IMG/VR virus record: IMGVR_UViG_2545824709_000006
Strand: one strand, 5' to 3'
DNA from: a virus
Taxonomy: Duplodnaviria; Heunggongvirae; Uroviricota; Caudoviricetes
DNA: 5,836 nucleotides
Made by a program: the position numbers and the translations under genes. The notes beneath the pieces were generated by a model. That model was given only the letters and a program-made list of their open reading frames with translations. It searched no databases and was not told where the DNA came from. Positions 1-5,797 of this stretch are shown here, one piece after another. How positions within the stretch are numbered: position 1 is the first letter of the stretch; each line of letters begins with the position of its first letter.

Positions 1-300
1 TCTCAGTATGTATCGCTGGCCTACACACAGCGGCTTAAGGAAGCCGGATTACTGGCATCAACAGGAAGTACAGGCGACTCGTATGACAACGCGATGGCGG
101 AGAGCATCAATGGTCTTTACAAAGCGGAGGTAATACACCGTAAGAGCTGGAAAAACCGTGCAGAAGTGGAACTGGCCACACTCACGTGGGTGGACTGGTA
201 TAACAATCGACGATTGCTGGAAAGGCTGGGCCATACTCCTCCGGCAGAAGCAGAAAAAGCTTATTATGCTTCCATCGGAAACGATGATCTGGCAGCCTGA
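1..300 (+). CDS. IS3-family (IS629-like) DDE transposase OrfB, C-terminal fragment; 5' end lies outside the window
   Basis: Frame-1 ORF open from base 1 to TGA at 298-300. Translation ...GDSYDNAMAESINGLYKAEV...WYNNRRLLERLGHTPPAEAE... has the D-x-x-x-AMAES/W-Y-N-x-R-R signature typical of the C-terminus of rve-type (IS3-family) transposases, which includes the conserved glutamate region of the DDE catalytic domain. Confidence 0.85.
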   Translation, partial: SQYVSLAYTQRLKEAGLLASTGSTGDSYDNAMAESINGLYKAEVIHRKSWKNRAEVELATLTWVDWYNNRRLLERLGHTPPAEAEKAYYASIGNDDLAA

Positions 301-342
301 GTTCACAGATAAAACACTCTCCAGGAAACCCGGGGCGGTTCA
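1..342 (+). mobile_element. Right end of an IS629/IS1203/IS3411-like insertion sequence, with terminal inverted repeat at about 301-342
   Basis: The reverse complement of 301-342 is TGAACCGCCCCGGGTTTCCTGGAGAG..., which matches the IS629-group terminus as I recall it (5'-TGAACCGCCCCGGG...). The element ends ...GGTTCA at 342, giving the 5'-TG...CA-3' termini typical of the IS3 family. The left end and target-site duplication are outside the window. Confidence 0.6.
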
Positions 343-501
343 TTTCGATTAATGGAGGTCCCTTGCACAGATGGCAATCATGCTCAATGTCAAATTGCCA
401 TACAGGGCTTGCGATTCAGGGCGGTATTAGAGCTGCTAATGATCCTTTGTATTGCGCCTAAATCCACTAAATTGATTTTCAACAATCAACTTGCCATAAT
501 T

Positions 502-534
502 AAGTCACCGGAGTTTGAACTCCTCCGGTGACTT
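502..534. other. Perfect 12-bp inverted repeat (stem-loop) in the noncoding gap between the IS end and ybcN
   Basis: AAGTCACCGGAG (502-513), a 9-nt loop, then CTCCGGTGACTT (523-534), the exact reverse complement. There is no U-tract after it on the + strand and only a weak A/T-rich flank on the - strand. Confidence 0.45.
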
Positions 535-653
535 CTGCGCTAAACGGGGACGTTTATGCGCACATACAATCCAACCTCTCTTCTCCATTCACAGATGCAG
601 AAATGCACCTGCGATATTTTGCATCCAGCGTTTGATCTCTGCGGAGGTGAAGC

Positions 654-1109
654 GTGAACCTCCCACAAGATGGTATCAAATTGCATCGCGGTAACTTCAC
701 CGCTATCGGTCGGCAGATCCAGCCTTATCTGGAGGACGGCAAATGCTTTCGCATGGTGCTTAAACCGTGGCGCGAGAGACGCAGTCTTTCCCAGAATGCA
801 CTCAGCCACATGTGGTACAGCGAAATCAGTGAATACCTCATCAGCAAGGGTAAAACGTTCGCCACTCCAGCTTGGGTAAAAGATGCTCTCAAACACACAT
901 ATCTCGGTTATGAAACCAAAGACCTGGTTGATGTCGTAACCGGTGATATCACCACTATCCAGTCGTTACGCCATACCTCCGATCTTGATACCGGAGAGAT
1001 GTATGTCTTCCTGTGTAAGGTTGAAGCCTGGGCGATGAATATTGGCTGCCACCTGACTATTCCGCAGAGCTGCGAGTTCCAGCAGCTCCGCGACAAACAG
1101 GAGGCGTAA
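654..1109 (+). CDS. ybcN: DLP12-type prophage protein YbcN (reported DNA base-flipping protein), 151 aa
   Basis: GTG start at 654 with GGAGG about 8 nt upstream. The 151-aa product [21 protein letters not shown]... matches my recollection of E. coli YbcN in length and sequence. TAA stop at 1107-1109. Confidence 0.85.
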   Translation: MNLPQDGIKLHRGNFTAIGRQIQPYLEDGKCFRMVLKPWRERRSLSQNALSHMWYSEISEYLISKGKTFATPAWVKDALKHTYLGYETKDLVDVVTGDITTIQSLRHTSDLDTGEMYVFLCKVEAWAMNIGCHLTIPQSCEFQQLRDKQEA

Positions 1110-1279
1110 TGGCTACACCGCTTATTCGTGTCATGAACGGACACATCTACAGAGTACCAAATCGTCGTAAGCGTAAACCGGAGCTGAAGCCTTCCGAAAT
1201 ACCAACACTGCTCGGATATACCGCCAGCCTGGTTGATAAAAAATGGTTGCGACTGGCAGCAAGGAGGAATCATGGCTGA
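1109..1279 (+). CDS. ninE: NinE-like small basic protein, 56 aa
   Basis: ATG at 1109-1111 overlaps the ybcN stop (TAATG). Product [56 protein letters not shown] is basic and sits in the position and size expected for ninE. It is missing from the ORF track only because it is short. Confidence 0.75.
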   Translation: MATPLIRVMNGHIYRVPNRRKRKPELKPSEIPTLLGYTASLVDKKWLRLAARRNHG

Positions 1280-1562
1280 TTTGAGAAAAGCAGCGCGTAG
1301 TCGGGAATGCCAGGTAAGAATCCCTGGCGTATGTAATGGCAACCCTGAAACGTCTGTACTGGCACATATCCGGCTGACTGGATTGTGCGGCACCGGTACC
1401 AAACCGCCAGACCTGATTGCCACCATTGCATGTTCTGCCTGCCACGACGAAATCGACCGCCGCACACATTTTGTCGATGCTGCATATGCAAAAGAATGCG
1501 CGCTGGAAGGTATGGCGAGAACACAGGTTATCTGGCTGAAAGAGGGGGTTATTAAGGCGTGA
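1272..1562 (+). CDS. ybcO: YbcO, putative Zn-binding nuclease (DUF1364-like), 96 aa
   Basis: ATG at 1272 preceded by AGGAGG, overlapping the ninE stop (ATGGCTGA). Product [26 protein letters not shown]...[13 protein letters not shown]... carries a four-cysteine motif (C-x7-C ... C-x2-C-H-D-E). The track ORF 1233..1562 is the same frame with an upstream extension. Confidence 0.85.
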   Translation: MADLRKAARSRECQVRIPGVCNGNPETSVLAHIRLTGLCGTGTKPPDLIATIACSACHDEIDRRTHFVDAAYAKECALEGMARTQVIWLKEGVIKA

Positions 1563-1921
1563 ATACCTACAGCATCACATTACCCTGGCCTCCGAGCAAT
1601 AATCGCTATTACCGCCATAATCGCGGGCGCACGCACGTCAGCGCAGAGGGGCAGGCATACCGCGATAACGTCGCCCGAATCATTAAAAACGCAATGCTGG
1701 ATATCGGCCTGGCTATGCCTGTGAAAATCCGCATTGAGTGCCACATGCCGGATCGCCGTCGCCGTGACCTGGATAATCTGCAAAAAGCCGCTTTTGACGC
1801 ACTCACTAAAGCAGGTTTCTGGCTGGATGATGCTCAGGTCGTTGATTACCGCGTTGTGAAGATGCCGGTTGTCAAAGGTGGAAAGCTGGAACTGACCATC
1901 ACTGAACTGGGAGATGAATGA
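1559..1921 (+). CDS. rusA: RusA Holliday-junction resolvase (endodeoxyribonuclease), 120 aa
   Basis: GTG start at 1559 overlaps the ybcO stop (GTGA). Product [82 protein letters not shown]... matches RusA as I recall it, including the acidic cluster. Confidence 0.95.
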   Translation: MNTYSITLPWPPSNNRYYRHNRGRTHVSAEGQAYRDNVARIIKNAMLDIGLAMPVKIRIECHMPDRRRRDLDNLQKAAFDALTKAGFWLDDAQVVDYRVVKMPVVKGGKLELTITELGDE

Positions 1922-2058
1922 TGTTTGAGTTTTATATGGCAGAACTTCTTCGCCACCGCTGGATGCGCCTGCGCTTATATCGTTTCCCCGGTTCTGTTTT
2001 GACCGATTACCGAATACTGAAGAATTACGCCAAAACACTGACAGGAGCAGGAGTATGA
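1918..2058 (+). CDS. ylcG: YlcG-like small protein, 46 aa
   Basis: ATGATG at 1918-1923 overlaps the rusA stop (ATGA). Product [46 protein letters not shown] matches DLP12 YlcG as I recall it. Small size makes it the least certain gene here. Confidence 0.6.
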   Translation: MMFEFYMAELLRHRWMRLRLYRFPGSVLTDYRILKNYAKTLTGAGV

Positions 2059-2143
2059 AGTCAGAGATAACAATCAACTAATACTGTTTTGTTGATTTTT
2101 GCTTGTAATTGGCGTTCTGGTCTGATTTTTGTGGAGTAAGTTG

Positions 2144-2527
2144 ATGCGTGATATTCAGATGGTTCTTGAGCGTTGGGGAGCGTGGGCGGCTAATAATCAT
2201 GAAGATGTGACCTGGTCGTCCATTGCCGCCGGTTTTAAGGGATTAATTACTTCAAAAGTAAAATCTCGCCCGCAATGTTGTGACGATGACGCGATGATTA
2301 TTTGCGGGTGCATGGCCCGTCTGAAAAAGAACAACAGCGATTTGCACGATTTATTAGTAGATTATTATGTAGTCGGTATGACATTCATGTCACTGGCAGG
2401 TAAGCATTGCTGCTCTGATGGTTATATCGGGAAAAGGTTACAGAAGGCTGAGGGCATAATTGAAGGGATGTTAATGGCATTAGATATCCGGTTAGAGATG
2501 GATATCGTTGTTAATAACTCTAATTAA
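2144..2527 (+). CDS. quuD: Q-family late-gene antitermination protein, 127 aa
   Basis: ATG at 2144. Product [26 protein letters not shown]...[16 protein letters not shown]... matches DLP12 QuuD (YbcQ) as I recall it. The in-frame TTG at 2129 reported by the ORF track is a less likely start. Confidence 0.85.
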   Translation: MRDIQMVLERWGAWAANNHEDVTWSSIAAGFKGLITSKVKSRPQCCDDDAMIICGCMARLKKNNSDLHDLLVDYYVVGMTFMSLAGKHCCSDGYIGKRLQKAEGIIEGMLMALDIRLEMDIVVNNSN

Positions 2528-2560
2528 TATGCCAATTGTTTACTAAAAATTATTAAAAAT

Positions 2561-2578
2561 GGGGCGTTGAGACGCCCC
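2561..2578 (-). terminator. Intrinsic terminator for - strand transcription (distal nmpC terminator); also shields quuD from antisense read-in
   Basis: GGGGCG / CGCCCC 6-bp GC stem with a 6-nt loop. On the - strand it is followed by ATTTTTAATAATTTTT; on the + strand it is followed by an A-rich run (CAAAAATAAA), so it should be far weaker for + strand transcription. Confidence 0.55.
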
Positions 2579-2644
2579 CAAAAATAAAGGGTAATATATA
2601 ACAGAAGGTTTATATAGTTAGAAGCAAGGTTGTGCTCCTAAAGG

Positions 2645-2700
2645 AAGTGGCTTGAGGGAGCCACTTATATGTTGGGGAGGCAAAGCCTCCCGCAACATAT
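2645..2700 (-). terminator. Tandem stem-loops immediately 3' of the nmpC stop codon (proximal terminator or mRNA-stabilising hairpins)
   Basis: Hairpin 2667-2700: ATATGTTGGGGAGG / CCTCCC(G)CAACATAT, a 14-bp stem with one bulge and a 5-nt loop. Hairpin 2645-2666: AAGTGGC / GCCACTT. On the - strand they lie 15-70 nt after the nmpC stop and are followed by TTCCTTTAGG. The first is followed by CTTTT on the + strand, so partial bidirectional activity is possible. Confidence 0.5.
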
Positions 2701-2715
2701 CTTTTAGTAATCAAA

Positions 2716-3798
2716 TTAGAACTGGTAAACCATACCTACAGCAACGATATCATCGGTAGCAACGCCAGATGCTTTCGTGAAATCGCTCTTATCAATCAGG
2801 TTGATTTTGTAATCAACAAAAGTGGACATATTTTTGTTGAAGTAATAGGTTGCACCTACATCAATATATTCAACCAGGTCCTGATCACCCCACGCACCCA
2901 AGTCTTTTCCTTTAGATTGCAGGTAAGCAACGGACGGACGCAGACCGAAGTCGAACTGATATTGTGCAACTACTTCGAAGTTTTGTGCTTTGTTGGCAAT
3001 ATGGTTATTACCAAAAACAGTCATGTTCTGGGTTTCAGAATAGGTGGTAGCCAGATAGATGTTGTTCGCATCATATTTCAGACCAGCTGCCCATACTTCA
3101 GCATTTTGACCAGATGCATTCAGGCTGTTGTTACCGTAGATAACCTGATTATTAGTGCGGTCAGATTTAGCATAGGTTGCACCTACACCGAATCCTTCAT
3201 ACTCATAAGTAGTGGAGAAACCGAAACCATCACCATTAGCTTCAGTTACGTCAGTGCGGTCATTTTTACCCTGATACTGAGCAGCAAAGTTCAGACCATC
3301 AACCAGACCAAAGAAGTCATTGTTACGATAAGTTGCAACACCTGTGGTGCGACCAGTCATGAATACATCTGTTTGGGTCCAGGTATCGCCACCGAATTCT
3401 GGCAGAACGTCGGTCCATGCACCAATATCGTATGCTACACCGTAGTTACGGCCATAATCGATGGAGCCGTAGTCACCGAATTTCAGGCCAGCGAAGGCAA
3501 GACGGGTTTTATCTTTGGAGGAACCTTGAGATTCAGCGCGGTTGCCTTTGAATTCATATTCCCACTGACCGAAACCAGTCAGTTGATCGTTGATTTGGGT
3601 TTCACCTTTGAAGCCAAGACGGGCATAAGTAGTATCACCATCATCTGCATCATTAGAGGAGAAGTAGTGCTTAGCATTAACTTTCCCGTACAGATCCAGC
3701 TTGTTACTGTCTTTATTATAAATTTCAGCTGCCTGAGCAGACATCGCCATCAGTACTGATGCAGCTACAGCAGAAATTGCCACTGTTAATTTTTTCAT
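2716..3798 (-). CDS. nmpC: Outer-membrane general porin of the OmpC/OmpF/PhoE family (NmpC/OmpD-like), 360-aa precursor, apparently intact
   Basis: ATG is the complement of 3796-3798, with an AAGGG Shine-Dalgarno upstream. N-terminus [30 protein letters not shown] is a classic signal peptide; the C-terminus ends ...VYQF with the terminal Phe typical of beta-barrel OMPs. Porin motifs such as LPEFGGDT and YDANNIYLA are conserved throughout. The longer track ORF (2716..3858) adds a 20-aa upstream extension that I reject. Confidence 0.9.
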   Translation of the reverse strand: MKKLTVAISAVAASVLMAMSAQAAEIYNKDSNKLDLYGKVNAKHYFSSNDADDGDTTYARLGFKGETQINDQLTGFGQWEYEFKGNRAESQGSSKDKTRLAFAGLKFGDYGSIDYGRNYGVAYDIGAWTDVLPEFGGDTWTQTDVFMTGRTTGVATYRNNDFFGLVDGLNFAAQYQGKNDRTDVTEANGDGFGFSTTYEYEGFGVGATYAKSDRTNNQVIYGNNSLNASGQNAEVWAAGLKYDANNIYLATTYSETQNMTVFGNNHIANKAQNFEVVAQYQFDFGLRPSVAYLQSKGKDLGAWGDQDLVEYIDVGATYYFNKNMSTFVDYKINLIDKSDFTKASGVATDDIVAVGMVYQF

Positions 3799-4385
3799 CG
3801 TGAGCCCTTTTTTTGAACTATTATTAAAAAATGATGTCACTGCGCGATAAATATTCATCTAATCAATGTGATTATTTCAAGATGTAAGTTTTGGTTTCTC
3901 ATTTGATTTGTGAAGTAGATCTCTATTTTTATCTGAACTTTTTCTATCGAATCCTATTCATGGCTCTTGGCTGAATAAAAATAAATCTATTGGCCAATTT
4001 ATATTAATGGCTGTTATTTATAAGTGCTCTATAATTTGAAGGTTCAATTTAAACCAGCTAAAAATAACGCTGGAAATTATTTGTTGGTTATTTGTTGAGA
4101 TTTGCTTATGTATTTGTAGTGGTGTTTTCAATACTCGGTAGCATTCTCGCAAATATCATTTAGTGGTTTACGTACGTAAAAAATTGGTTATGCTGTTAAG
4201 AGTGGTTACTTCGTCACACAGCTTAAACCCGCCGTCGAGCGGGTTTTTCCATTTTTTGAGTCTCGATATTAGCTGATAACCCAATACCTGAGTTATTCAC
4301 TGACTCCGAGTCTGTTACGTTTCTGCTTTTTTGCGATACGTTGTATTCCCTCAATTTACACCCGCTTTGTCTGCGAGGTGGGGTT
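3799..4385. promoter_or_regulatory. Roughly 590-bp AT-rich divergent intergenic region holding the nmpC promoter and 5'UTR (- strand) and the leader upstream of essD (+ strand)
   Basis: No convincing ORF on either strand and markedly AT-rich. Contains a perfect TATAAT hexamer at 4030-4035 (+) without a good -35. Exact promoters could not be fixed by eye. Confidence 0.4.
4225..4257 (+). terminator. Intrinsic terminator on the + strand about 130 nt upstream of essD (candidate tR'-like late-leader terminator)
   Basis: AAACCCGC (4225-4232), loop CGTCGA, GCGGGTTT (4239-4246), all eight pairs Watson-Crick, followed by TTCCATTTTTT. On the - strand the same hairpin is followed only by TTTAAGC. Confidence 0.55.
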
Positions 4386-4601
4386 ATGAAATCCATGGAT
4401 AAGTTAACAACGGGTGTCGCCTATGGCACCTCAGCAGGTAGTGCCGGTTACTGGTTTTTACAGCTGCTCGATAAAGTCACGCCCTCACAGTGGGCAGCAA
4501 TAGGTGTGCTGGGTAGCTTGGTATTTGGCCTGCTGACGTACCTGACAAACCTTTATTTCAAGATTAAAGAAGATAAGCGCAAGGCTGCGAGAGGTGAATA
4601 A
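4386..4601 (+). CDS. essD: Class II holin (phage 21 S-like pinholin), 71 aa, with dual-start motif
   Basis: GAGGTGG precedes ATG at 4386. Product [71 protein letters not shown] has two hydrophobic segments and a charged C-terminus. Met1-Lys2-Ser3-Met4 gives two in-frame starts, the antiholin/holin arrangement known for S21. The track ORF 4341..4601 has a 15-codon extension that I reject. Confidence 0.9.
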
Positions 4602-5098
4602 TGCCTCCATCATTACGAAAAGCCGTTGCTGCTGCTATTGGTGGCGGAGCAATTGCTATAGCATCAGTGTTAATCACTGGCCCAAGTGGTAACGATGGTC
4701 TGGAAGGTGTCAGCTACATACCATACAAAGATATCGTTGGCGTATGGACTGTATGTCACGGGCATACAGGAAAAGACATCATTCCCGGTAAAACGTATAC
4801 CGAAGCAGAATGCAAAGCCCTCCTGAATAAAGACCTTGCCACGGTAGCCAGACAAATTAACCCGTACATCAAAGTCGATATACCGGAAACAACGCGCGGC
4901 GCTCTTTACTCGTTCGTCTATAACGTGGGCGCAGGCAATTTCAGAACATCTACTCTTCTTCGCAAAATAAACCAGGGCGATATCAAGGGCGCATGTGACC
5001 AGCTACGTCGCTGGGCATACGCTGGCGGTAAGCAATGGAAAGGCCTGATGACTCGTCGTGAGATTGAGCGTGAGGTCTGTTTGTGGGGGCAACAATGA
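4601..5098 (+). CDS. rrrD: SAR (signal-anchor-release) endolysin, T4-lysozyme-like muramidase, 165 aa
   Basis: ATG at 4601 overlaps the essD stop (TAATG). The N-terminus [27 protein letters not shown] is a Gly/Ala-rich weakly hydrophobic SAR domain, followed by the catalytic region [25 protein letters not shown] containing the Glu/Asp/Thr residues of T4-type lysozymes. Matches phage 21 R / RrrD as I recall it. Confidence 0.92.
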   Translation: MPPSLRKAVAAAIGGGAIAIASVLITGPSGNDGLEGVSYIPYKDIVGVWTVCHGHTGKDIIPGKTYTEAECKALLNKDLATVARQINPYIKVDIPETTRGALYSFVYNVGAGNFRTSTLLRKINQGDIKGACDQLRRWAYAGGKQWKGLMTRREIEREVCLWGQQ

Positions 5099-5562
5099 GC
5101 AGGGTAACCGCGATTATCTCCGCTCTGGTTATCTGCATCATCGTCTGCCTGTCATGGGCTGTTAATCATTACCGTGATAATGCAATCGCCTACAAAGAAC
5201 AGCGCGATAACAAGGCCAGTGAACTGGAGAAGGCGAACGCCACCATTACTGACATGCAGCAGCGCCAGCGTGATGCTGATGCACTCGATGATAAATACAC
5301 GAAGGAGTTAGCTGATGCGAAAGCTGAAAATGATGCTCTTCGGCGCAAGCTTGATAATGGTGGTCGGGTGCTCGTCAAAGGAAAATGCCCTGTGCCATCC
5401 TCAGCCGAAACCTCCAGCGCCTCCGGCATGGGCAATGATGCCACCGTCGAACTCTCTCCAGTTGCTGGACGAAACGTTCTCGGTATCCGGGACGGAATTA
5501 TCCGCGACCAAACAGCACTGAGAACGCTTCAGGAATACATCAGGACGCAATGCCTTCGATGA
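5095..5562 (+). CDS. rzpD: Rz-like i-spanin (inner-membrane spanin subunit), 155 aa
   Basis: ATG at 5095 overlaps the rrrD stop (ATGA). Product [38 protein letters not shown]...[17 protein letters not shown]... has an N-terminal TM segment and a coiled-coil-like periplasmic part, and is very similar to lambda Rz as I recall it. The alternative GTG at 5083 is less likely. Confidence 0.88.
   Translation: MSRVTAIISALVICIIVCLSWAVNHYRDNAIAYKEQRDNKASELEKANATITDMQQRQRDADALDDKYTKELADAKAENDALRRKLDNGGRVLVKGKCPVPSSAETSSASGMGNDATVELSPVAGRNVLGIRDGIIRDQTALRTLQEYIRTQCLR
5315..5521 (+). CDS. rzoD: Rz1-like o-spanin (outer-membrane lipoprotein) embedded in the +1 frame of rzpD
   Basis: ORF lies entirely inside rzpD in the +1 frame. 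Product [44 protein letters not shown]... has a signal peptide with a lipobox-like VVGC and a proline-rich mature region, as in lambda Rz1. Exact start and mature length are uncertain. Confidence 0.72.
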   Translation: MRKLKMMLFGASLIMVVGCSSKENALCHPQPKPPAPPAWAMMPPSNSLQLLDETFSVSGTELSATKQH

Positions 5563-5736
5563 TAGCGATAATTTTACTCATCATCCTTCACATCTGGCTC
5601 TGTAGACAGGGTGGTGCTCACTTCTGGAGTGAATCCAGATTAAACATCTCATTGCTGATGCTTGATATTGAGCATTTTGCGCGCGGTAAGGGGCTGCGTT
5701 GAGATAAGAGCCAGTCATTACAAATACCAGGATTTA

Positions 5737-5759
5737 GCCTCGCATTCGCGGGGCTTTTT
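5737..5759 (+). terminator. Intrinsic terminator closing the + strand lysis operon
   Basis: GCCTCGC (5737-5743), loop ATTC, GCGGGGC (5748-5754) forming a 7-bp GC-rich stem with one G-U pair, followed by TTTTT (5755-5759). Confidence 0.6.
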
Positions 5760-5771
5760 ATTGCCATTACA

Positions 5772-5797
5772 AAAGCCACTTCCTACAGAGTGGCTTT
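5772..5797 (-). terminator. Stem-loop with a T-tract on the - strand, a candidate terminator for a - strand gene beyond the 3' end of the window
   Basis: AAAGCCACT (5772-5780), 8-nt loop, AGTGGCTTT (5789-5797), a perfect 9-bp stem. On the - strand it is followed by TTTTGTAATGG. Together with 5737-5759 it forms a convergent terminator pair. Confidence 0.4.

Noticed and set aside
58-352. ORFs 58..306 (-), 94..300 (+, same frame as the transposase) and 158..352 (+)
   Set aside because: 94..300 is just the internal-Met portion of the transposase ORF, which is open from base 1. The other two are alternative frames or antisense of the transposase and run into the inverted repeat.
352-531. 59-codon + strand ORF starting just after the IS end
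   Set aside because: No Shine-Dalgarno sequence, no recognisable motif, and it ends inside the 502-534 palindrome. It is more likely a chance ORF in the remnant sequence, though a short remnant of an upstream prophage gene cannot be excluded without a homology search.
540-896. - strand ORF 540..896 (118 aa) and + strand ORF 670..879 (69 aa) overlapping ybcN
   Set aside because: Alternative frames of ybcN, which is the strongly supported reading (Shine-Dalgarno sequence, family match, coupling to ninE).
908-2077. Antisense - strand ORFs 908..1465, 1131..1469, 1270..1524, 1580..2077 and 1609..1806
   Set aside because: Each overlaps the ybcN-ninE-ybcO-rusA-ylcG genes on the opposite strand. 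None has a recognisable domain or start context, and the + strand genes account for the region.
2129-2143. TTG start for quuD (132-aa version) and GTG start at 5083 for rzpD (159-aa version)
   Set aside because: The in-frame ATGs at 2144 and 5095 give products that match the known protein N-termini as I recall them, and the 5095 start gives the typical ATGA overlap with rrrD. The upstream non-ATG starts are artefacts of longest-ORF calling.
2917-3759. 280-aa + strand ORF antisense to nmpC
   Set aside because: Lies entirely within the well-supported porin gene on the opposite strand. The translation is low-complexity (rich in I, V, T, S, F) with no recognisable domain, as expected for a stop-codon-poor antisense frame of a biased gene.
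3799-3858. 20-codon N-terminal extension of nmpC ([20 protein letters not shown]) implied by the longest-ORF call 2716..3858
   Set aside because: The downstream ATG (complement of 3796-3798) has a Shine-Dalgarno sequence and starts directly with a canonical signal peptide ([11 protein letters not shown]...AQA). The extension would place 20 non-signal residues ahead of it.
4670-5444. Antisense ORFs 4670..4855 (-) and 5190..5444 (-) inside rrrD and rzpD
   Set aside because: They overlap strongly supported lysis genes on the opposite strand and have no features of real genes.
5581-5718. 45-codon - strand ORF in the region after rzpD
   Set aside because: No Shine-Dalgarno sequence upstream of its ATG and no recognisable motif. 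It does not resemble Bor, the lipoprotein expected at this position in lambda (no signal peptide or lipobox).
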